In this document: positions 1 through 4,386 of the stretch, in pieces
How the letters are laid out: every line of letters starts with the position of its first letter
Position numbering within the stretch: position 1 is the stretch's first letter
Virus record (IMG/VR): IMGVR_UViG_2711768010_000004
Span: 1-4,386 of that record
DNA length: 4,386 nucleotides
Reading direction: 5' to 3' (one strand)
Origin: a virus
Lineage: Duplodnaviria > Heunggongvirae > Uroviricota > Caudoviricetes
Program-made: the position numbers and the translations under genes
The notes under the pieces: model-generated
What the model was told of the DNA's origin: nothing
Databases searched by the model: none
What the model saw: the letters and a program-made list of their open reading frames with translations, nothing else

Positions 1-60
1 CTCTCGTCTGGGGAATATCTCCCCGGCAGCCTTCAGGGAAAAATATCATCAGATGGCTGC

Positions 61-414
61 TTAAAAAAAGAACAAATGGTAGTGTCCGCTATTGCCAGTA
101 CACCTCAATTGCTCTGCGGCTTCGCTCAGAGCTGGCGTATGTTCCCGGCCTACTGATTCACACAGGTAATCAACGAAACCGGACACCAGTTTTCGTTCGC
201 GAGGCGTGATCGCCCCACCGACCGGAGTCCAGTAATCGAAACCCAGTTGCAGGAGTTTGAAAAAACGCTTGTGGAATGCGTAGTTACACACACGCTTAAA
301 GTCTGCGTGTATCCACTCACCTATTTTGATTTGATGCAGAAAATCGCAACTCTCCGGCGTCGCCGGGAGAAGTAATCCGGAAGAGGTTTGTTTGACCAGT
401 TGTATATGTGCCAT
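61..414 (-). CDS. Hypothetical prophage protein, 117 aa (MAHIQLVKQTSSG...HYHLFFF)
   Basis: Track ORF 61..456 begins at a TTG (454-456) that overlaps the upstream stop. An in-frame ATG at 412-414 is preceded by GGAGA with a 6-nt spacer, so I place the start there. No family recognised. Confidence 0.45.
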   Translation of the reverse strand: MAHIQLVKQTSSGLLLPATPESCDFLHQIKIGEWIHADFKRVCNYAFHKRFFKLLQLGFDYWTPVGGAITPRERKLVSGFVDYLCESVGREHTPALSEAAEQLRCTGNSGHYHLFFF

Positions 415-452
415 CGGCTTTCTCCGGTGGCACGGTGTTACACAGCAGGAGT

Positions 453-740
453 TCAATCCTGCTCAAGATTGTAGATGAGTTTATTCTTCAGCAAAAGCAG
501 AAAACCAGCCTTAAAACCAATCTCTTTCAAAACCCGTAATGATGTGACAAATTCGTCCTCACGCAAAATAAAACCGTCCGTCAGAAGTCCATTACAAAAA
601 TAAAATAACACAGCACCGCTCTTCCTTTGTTGAGATTGCAAACATCTAATGCGGCAATGGCTGACAATCGCTCCATTCTCAACGCGCACAGCATAGAGGC
701 CATTTTCACTAAAAATTTCACGCAATTCTTCGATTTTCAT
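453..740 (-). CDS. Hypothetical prophage protein, 95 aa (MKIEELREIFSENGLYAVRVENG...)
   Basis: ATG start at 738-740 and TGA stop at 453-455. Weak GGA-type RBS about 8 nt upstream. Sits downstream of a predicted promoter and the hok terminator. No family recognised. Confidence 0.45.
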   Translation of the reverse strand: MKIEELREIFSENGLYAVRVENGAIVSHCRIRCLQSQQRKSGAVLFYFCNGLLTDGFILREDEFVTSLRVLKEIGFKAGFLLLLKNKLIYNLEQD

Positions 741-821
741 CTTCAGAATCCTTCCAGATAAATAGCTCTCCCCTGTTCGGGGTCCATCCCTCTTCTCCCT
801 GCGCGCTACTTAAGTGAGTCG

Positions 822-849
822 ATTCTATCTGCGAAGGTGCGCGAATCAA
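822..849 (-). promoter_or_regulatory. Candidate sigma70 promoter for the two small downstream ORFs
   Basis: Minus strand reads TTGATT (plus 844-849), a 16-nt spacer, then TAGAAT (plus 822-827). It lies just 3' of the hok terminator and about 80 nt upstream of the ATG at 740. Sequence match only. Confidence 0.3.
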
Positions 850-857
850 ATTCACCG

Positions 858-914
858 GAAATAAACAACAAAAAACCCGCCGAAACGCTGAGAGATCACA
901 GCGATGGGCGGGTT
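858..914 (-). terminator. Rho-independent terminator ending the hok transcript
   Basis: Outer stem 874-881 pairs with 907-914 (AACCCGCC/GGCGGGTT). Inner stem 886-890 pairs with 899-903 (CGCTG/CAGCG). On the minus strand this is followed by TTTTGTTGTTTATTT. Confidence 0.45.
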
Positions 915-953
915 AAGTGCGGGTGCGTTGAGGATGCCTGACACATCAGAGGT

Positions 954-981
954 GGGCGGGGATGGGATCAGCTCCCCGCCC
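954..981 (-). promoter_or_regulatory. Stable stem-loop in the hok 3' UTR (possible fold-back/stability element)
   Basis: Perfect 9-bp inverted repeat GGGCGGGGA (954-962) and TCCCCGCCC (973-981) with a 10-nt loop, starting 9 nt after the hok stop. No U-run follows, so it is not itself a terminator. Hok-family mRNAs are known to carry structured 3' ends. Confidence 0.4.
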
Positions 982-989
982 GGTCACTC

Positions 990-1145
990 TTACTTCCTGG
1001 ATTCGTAGTCTACGAAGACAGCGACCTCCGTCTGGCCGGTTCGGATTCGTACCTCACAGAGGTCTTTCCTCGTTACCAGTGCCGTCACTATGACGGTTAA
1101 ACAGATGACGATCAGGGCGATTAACATCGCCTTTTGCTGCTTCAT
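990..1145 (-). CDS. hok: Hok/Gef-family small membrane toxin, 51 aa (MKQQKAMLIALIVICLTVIVTALVTRKDLCEVRIRTGQTEVAVFVDYESRK)
   Basis: ATG at 1143-1145 preceded by AAGGAG, TAA stop at 990-992. The translation is nearly identical over most of its length to chromosomal HokD/Gef as I recall them, with a hydrophobic transmembrane core and the conserved RKDLCEV motif. In the track it is fused to the upstream gene only because of read-through across the N run. Confidence 0.9.
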   Translation of the reverse strand: MKQQKAMLIALIVICLTVIVTALVTRKDLCEVRIRTGQTEVAVFVDYESRK

Positions 1146-1167
1146 AGCCTGCTTCTCCTTGCCTTTC

Positions 1168-1208
1168 NNNNNNNNNNNNNNNNNNNNNNNNNNNNNNNNN
1201 NNNNNNNN
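1168..1208. other. Assembly gap (41 N)
   Basis: Run of n characters. It hides the stop of the QueH-like gene and the hok leader region where mok and sok would lie. Confidence 0.99.
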
Positions 1209-1853
1209 GATAAGAGGGCGTCCCTGAGATTTGCGGTGTAGATTGGTATCGCGCAGAGAATACACACAGCCACAATATTCCTGCTGATAGAATTTTTCGC
1301 GCTTGCTGATTTCAATCATACGGGACGAGCCGCCCTGCTTGCGCCAGTTATAATCCCAGTACACCATGCCCGGATAATGCGCGACGGCTCGCCGCCCACA
1401 GTCGTTAACCTGCTGCATATTTTTCCAGCGTGAAATGCCCAGTGAACTGCTGATCACACTGAAACCATTTTCAGCGGCGTACAGCGCTGTCCGCTCAAAA
1501 CGCATGTCAAAACACATGGTGCAACGGATCCCTCGTTCGGGCTCCCATTCCATTCCTTTGGCTCGTTCAAACCAGTTGTCTGTGTCGTAATCAGCATCAA
1601 TAAACGGCACGCCGTGTTGTTCAGCAAAGCGAATATTCTCATCCTTACGAATTAAATACTCTTTCTGAGGATGAATGTTCGGGTTGTAGAAAAAGATGGT
1701 GTAGTCGATTCCCGAGGCCTGAAGCGCCTCCATCACCTCACCGGAACATGGAGCACAGCAAGAGTGCAGTAGTAGTTTGTTTGCCCCGTTTGGGAGCTCC
1801 AATTTGGGCCGTTTGAAATCAGCAACTGTCATAAATATGTTTATTGGGGTCAT
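1209..1853 (-). CDS. queH: QueH-like epoxyqueuosine reductase homolog (DUF208), 3' end incomplete in gap
   Basis: The translation carries the DUF208/QueH signature cysteines: HSCCAPC, RCTMC and YCGCVYS. At least 215 codons are visible, consistent with the usual QueH length. ATG at 1851-1853 (alternative ATG at 1830-1832); neither has a strong Shine-Dalgarno. Confidence 0.8.
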
Positions 1854-2000
1854 AAAAATATCAAAGAGTGTAGCATTAGAACGGGGCTATCGGAAACAGA
1901 TGTGTGACTGCTCCCCGCCCTTTCGGGTGGTCTCCTGATGATTTGAGGGTGCAGAAATCCCTCCGGTTAAGGATTAAATTTTTAACAGTGCTAAATTTAA

Positions 2001-2357
2001 TTATTCAGTTCTGGATTTTGTCGCCCTGCGTATCCGCGCTTTCGCGTTACGCTCAATCTGTATCAGCTTTTCTATATTTCTCCGCCTTTCCTGTTCCTCC
2101 TGGCGCAATAGCCTTACATCATCTGCCAGTCTGGTTTCTCTTTTTGCCACAGAGAGCATCCAGTCAAACGGCTCCACAACCGCACCGCAGATTTTACAGC
2201 GGACCTGACGCTCTTTTTCGTCAACCCGTACAGAGGCGTGATGGCAATATGGTCTTTCCGATGGCTCATAAAGAAAATTAACCTGATTACGAGGGTCATC
2301 CTCTTTTACCGGAAATAAAACGATATTGCTTAACTCATCTTCTGGTTTTATTTCCAT
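2001..2357 (-). CDS. Hypothetical Zn-ribbon protein with basic coiled-coil C-terminus, 118 aa
   Basis: ATG at 2355-2357 preceded by AAGGAGAGG, TAA stop at 2001-2003. Carries a C-H-H...C-x-x-C cluster (PYCHHASVRVDEKERQVRCKICG) and a K/R/E-rich tail. An alternative ATG at 2412-2414 abuts the upstream stop as TGAATG and would add 19 residues. Confidence 0.55.
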   Translation of the reverse strand: MEIKPEDELSNIVLFPVKEDDPRNQVNFLYEPSERPYCHHASVRVDEKERQVRCKICGAVVEPFDWMLSVAKRETRLADDVRLLRQEEQERRRNIEKLIQIERNAKARIRRATKSRTE

Positions 2358-2414
2358 GCTCCTCTCCTTTGATGCGAATGCCAGCGGTAATTGAAGCCTG
2401 ATAGCTAATTTCAT

Positions 2415-2837
2415 TCACAGTATCGCCTCCTGAAAATTACCCTGATAGAAAGCCAGTACACGCTGCATAGCTTCGCTCTTCCGGCACTCGCGACAGATTA
2501 TATTCAGGCGCCTGTCGTAGCGGCGTATTTCTCCGTCAGGTAATGACCAGATAAGGTCCGGATCAACAACAACCGGTTTCCTCACCTTTACTCTCGAGAG
2601 TTTTTTGCGGGCGCTTTGCCAGTCCTTGCGAGCCTGTTCAGACGGGAATAAGCCGTAGCCAGAATTATATACATCACCACTTGCGACCAGTTCTATGCAT
2701 AAGCGACCGACAGACGCACGACTGATACCTGTTTCATCTGACAACTGCCGAATCGTGACCCGACCGTCCTGATGCACGAGTTCCACAATTCGCGTCTTCA
2801 GTTCTTCCCGCTGTTCGGGAGTAAAAGGTTTCGCCAT
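2415..2837 (-). CDS. Winged-helix (HTH) DNA-binding protein, 140 aa, unknown function
   Basis: ATG at 2835-2837 is preceded by AGGAGG in the 14-nt gap after the DnaC-like stop. The N-terminal segment VTIRQLSDETGISRASVGRLCIELVASGDV looks like a winged-HTH. Stop at 2415-2417. Confidence 0.65.
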   Translation of the reverse strand: MAKPFTPEQREELKTRIVELVHQDGRVTIRQLSDETGISRASVGRLCIELVASGDVYNSGYGLFPSEQARKDWQSARKKLSRVKVRKPVVVDPDLIWSLPDGEIRRYDRRLNIICRECRKSEAMQRVLAFYQGNFQEAIL

Positions 2838-2851
2838 AAATCCTCCTGAAA

Positions 2852-3598
2852 CTACTTAACAACCCTCGAATGGCTAACATTCGGACGCCAGCTCTCCCAG
2901 TTAAAATTCACCCAGCGCCCGCCGTTCATGACCATGCGATCCATCACCCGCTCGCCGAGCAATGTTTTCATCACCTCATAGTTCAGGTTTGTCAGCATCC
3001 CCACGCTGCGCATCGACGCTGTCCGGCGATCAACAATCTGGTGCAGCACCACCTGCTCGTTTTTCGTCTCGCGCTGAATGCCAATTTCATCAAGAACCAG
3101 CAGATCCACTTCGCACAGCTCCCGCAAAAATTTTTCGCCTGACTGCCCGTCGTCATAGCTGGCGTGCAGGGCGCTCATAACATCAGCCACGGTAACCACA
3201 ATCACTGTCTGACCGTCTTTCAGCAGGCGATTCCCGATAGCTGCCGCTAAGTGATTCTTCCCGGTACCAGGTTTTCCGCTGAACGCAAAATTTGTACACC
3301 CGGTCATCAGTTCATCGGCGATGGATTTCGCCTGGCTTAACGCGTATCGCTGGCCGTCGTTCTGCACCTGGTAATTCGCAAACGAGCATTTACGGTGCAA
3401 CGGCTGGATGCCTGAGCGATTCAGAATTTTTTCCACCCGCAACTGGCGATTCAGGCGGTTGATCTCCTCGCTACGTTTCTGGCCTTCAGCAAGTTGCCAC
3501 TCGCGCCACTCCGCTACCGTTCTGAATGGGGCGGTTACATGTGGCGGGGTCAGTCGGCGGATGCGTTCCAGAACGCCGCCTGTCGCAATATTTTTCAT
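2852..3598 (-). CDS. DnaC-like AAA+ helicase loader / replication protein (YdaV-like), 248 aa
   Basis: Walker A (SGKPGTGKNHLA) and Walker B (LLVLDEIG) motifs are visible. I recall the sequence as very close to the Rac prophage YdaV replication protein. ATG at 3596-3598 lies 6 nt after the upstream gene's stop. Confidence 0.9.
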   Translation of the reverse strand: MKNIATGGVLERIRRLTPPHVTAPFRTVAEWREWQLAEGQKRSEEINRLNRQLRVEKILNRSGIQPLHRKCSFANYQVQNDGQRYALSQAKSIADELMTGCTNFAFSGKPGTGKNHLAAAIGNRLLKDGQTVIVVTVADVMSALHASYDDGQSGEKFLRELCEVDLLVLDEIGIQRETKNEQVVLHQIVDRRTASMRSVGMLTNLNYEVMKTLLGERVMDRMVMNGGRWVNFNWESWRPNVSHSRVVK

Positions 3599-3953
3599 GG
3601 TCCGTTACCCCCTGAAGCCTGGCGGGATCGCACTGTCCGGCAACGAGACGGTGTTAACCTGTCGGAGCAACGTCTCAGGCCGAACACCTTTCGGCGCGAA
3701 CAGGCCCTGGTATTCATTGGCGATGCTGTGTCGAATCACCTGCTCAGGTGTAAAACCCTGCTGACGGAATTTTTCCAGTTCCCGTATCGCCCCGTTAGCG
3801 CCCTGCTCCGTTCGAATCGGTTTTCGCAATGCCTGTCTGAACCGGACCCACTCATGCCAGAGTGTTTCCGGCAACCAATCGGGCAGCTCAATAGCCTCCG
3901 GCTCGAATTTTTTAGACGCTCGTTTTTGGCGAGGGGGAGATCAGTATTTAGAT

Positions 3954-3971
3954 CTTCCTCTTCCTCTTCCT
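3954..3971 (-). repeat. (CTTCCT)3 hexamer repeat encoding a six-glutamate acidic tract
   Basis: Three tandem CTTCCT units on the plus strand, read on the minus strand as GAG GAA x3 in the middle frame of the initiator gene. Confidence 0.8.
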
Positions 3972-3973
3972 CT

Positions 3974-4016
3974 GGTAACGCTTTTTGATCCGTTTGTGTA
4001 ACGCTGGCAGCGTTAC
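3974..4016. repeat. Iteron-like GTAACGCT 9-mers: one direct copy plus a 19-bp palindrome
   Basis: GGTAACGCT at 3974-3982. GTAACGCTG at 3998-4006 is mirrored by CAGCGTTAC at 4008-4016, giving the palindrome GTAACGCTG-G-CAGCGTTAC. Confidence 0.7.
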
Positions 4017-4281
4017 CTTTTCGTTTCAGTTCGCGTATTTTTGTTACTCGCTCGTTTGTAACCGCCCGTTTTTTTTAGAGCTTTTTCCGTTATGACGTTC
4101 AAAGTTAGGTAGAGAAAGCCCTCCGTCATTTTCGACCAGCCATCCAACCTGAATTAACGCATCAGCAAAACCAGACATAAAAGTGATGCGATCTATTGCA
4201 CTTTTTGTAACGCCGCGAGCGTTACAATCTGCATTACCGTCTATCATTTGTTGATCCGCCCATGCCCAGAAGCGAATAACC

Positions 4282-4386
4282 TGAGGTAGCCTGAGTTTAA
4301 CGGACACTCCTTCCTGAAATAGAATGGCATCAGAAGGAGCTAATAATGAGCAGAAAAACCCAACGTTACTCTAAAGAGTTCAAAGC
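4282..4386 (+). mobile_element. IS3-family insertion sequence, left end (IS600-like), partial
   Basis: A terminal TG at 4282 opens TGAGGTAGCCTGAGTTTAACGGACAC, an IS3-type inverted repeat. About 60 nt inside is an AGGAG RBS and an ORF opening MSRKTQRYSKEFK, which I recall as the IS600 OrfA N-terminus. The rest of the element is outside the window. Confidence 0.55.
4346..4386 (+). CDS. IS3-family transposase OrfA, N-terminal 13 codons only
   Basis: ATG at 4346 with AGGAG 7 nt upstream. The RYSKEFK motif is typical of the IS3-family OrfA HTH region. Truncated by the window edge. Confidence 0.5.
   Translation, partial: MSRKTQRYSKEFK

Larger units (their letters stand above)
3605..4281 (-). pseudogene. 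YdaU/O-like replication initiator, 5'-truncated by IS insertion and split across three frames
   Basis: Coding signal occupies three frames: an N-terminal piece ending at TAA 4044-4046, a middle piece open only in a second frame (about 3934-4074), and a C-terminal piece ending at TAA 3605-3607. The frames switch at an A8 run (plus T8, 4069-4076) and a C5 run (plus G5, 3933-3937). The first 26 nt of track ORF 4044..4307 are IS inverted-repeat sequence, not native start. Family assignment is by position directly upstream of the DnaC-like gene plus partial recollection. Confidence 0.6.

Noticed and set aside
415-456. N-terminal extension of ORF 61..456 from a TTG start
   Set aside because: The TTG overlaps the upstream stop and has no RBS. 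The downstream ATG at 414 has a GGAGA Shine-Dalgarno.
1454-1642. Minus-strand 62-aa ORF inside the QueH-like gene
   Set aside because: It is an alternative frame wholly inside a gene with strong family motifs.
990-1853. 287-aa minus-strand ORF in the supplied track
   Set aside because: It reads through 41 Ns (the X residues) and fuses two unrelated genes, the QueH-like protein and Hok. Hok has its own RBS and ATG at 1145.
1914-1932. Hairpin CCCGCCC-TTTC-GGGTGG in the 147-bp spacer as a terminator
   Set aside because: No U-run follows on either strand and the stem is imperfect on the minus (transcribed) strand. It may be a structural element but is not supportable as a terminator.
1904-2281. 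Plus-strand ORF 1904..2281
   Set aside because: It is antisense to the Zn-ribbon gene and runs into the intergenic spacer, with no RBS and a non-protein-like composition.
2114-2299. Minus-strand 61-aa ORF inside the Zn-ribbon gene
   Set aside because: It is an alternative frame wholly inside the better-supported 2001..2357 gene.
2870-3180. Plus-strand ORFs 2870..3142 and 2962..3180
   Set aside because: They lie antisense inside the well-supported DnaC-like gene, have His/Pro/Ala/Arg-rich low-complexity translations and no RBS. Shadow ORFs.
3408-3988. Plus-strand ORFs 3408..3764 and 3494..3988
   Set aside because: They are antisense to the DnaC-like and initiator genes, with Arg/Ser-rich translations typical of antisense frames in GC-rich coding DNA.
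3954-4016. Short repeats as a possible CRISPR array
   Set aside because: These are hexamer and 9-mer repeats with no regular repeat-spacer architecture, and they lie inside coding sequence.
4062-4080. Programmed -1 ribosomal frameshift on the A-AAA-AAA-C run as the explanation for the split initiator gene
   Set aside because: A -1 slip here would join the first two frames, but a second shift is needed at a non-slippery C5 run. Two independent one-base homopolymer deficits point to sequencing error or decay. Not fully excluded.
4282-4307. Start of track ORF 4044..4307 (MSVKLRLPQ...) as the native initiator N-terminus
   Set aside because: These codons are the reverse complement of the IS inverted repeat, and the start codon is GTG. 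The open frame here is fortuitous read-through into the IS.

Overview
This window reads as a minus-strand segment of a degraded lambdoid (Rac-like) prophage; all credible genes are on the minus strand except a transposase start at the right edge. Reading in the direction of transcription (high to low coordinates): (1) the left end of an IS3-family element (4282-4386), which truncates (2) a YdaU/O-like replication-initiator gene that is also split across three reading frames at two homopolymer runs (3605-4281); (3) an intact DnaC-like AAA+ helicase-loader gene (2852-3598); (4) a winged-HTH protein gene (2415-2837); (5) a Zn-ribbon/coiled-coil protein gene (2001-2357); (6) a 147-bp spacer; (7) a QueH-like (DUF208) gene whose 3' end runs into a 41-nt N gap (1209-1853); (8) a hok-family membrane toxin gene (990-1145) with a structured 3' UTR and terminator; (9) two small ORFs of unknown function (453-740, 61-414). 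The 287-aa ORF in the supplied track (990-1853) is an artefact of reading through the N gap. I see no CRISPR array, tRNA or rRNA. I do not find a clearly novel multi-gene system; the points most worth follow-up are the prophage-borne QueH-like gene beside hok, the broken initiator gene with iteron-like repeats, and the uncharacterised wHTH/Zn-ribbon pair. Protein-family assignments rest on motifs visible in the translations and on my recollection of E. coli/Shigella prophage proteins, not on any database search.
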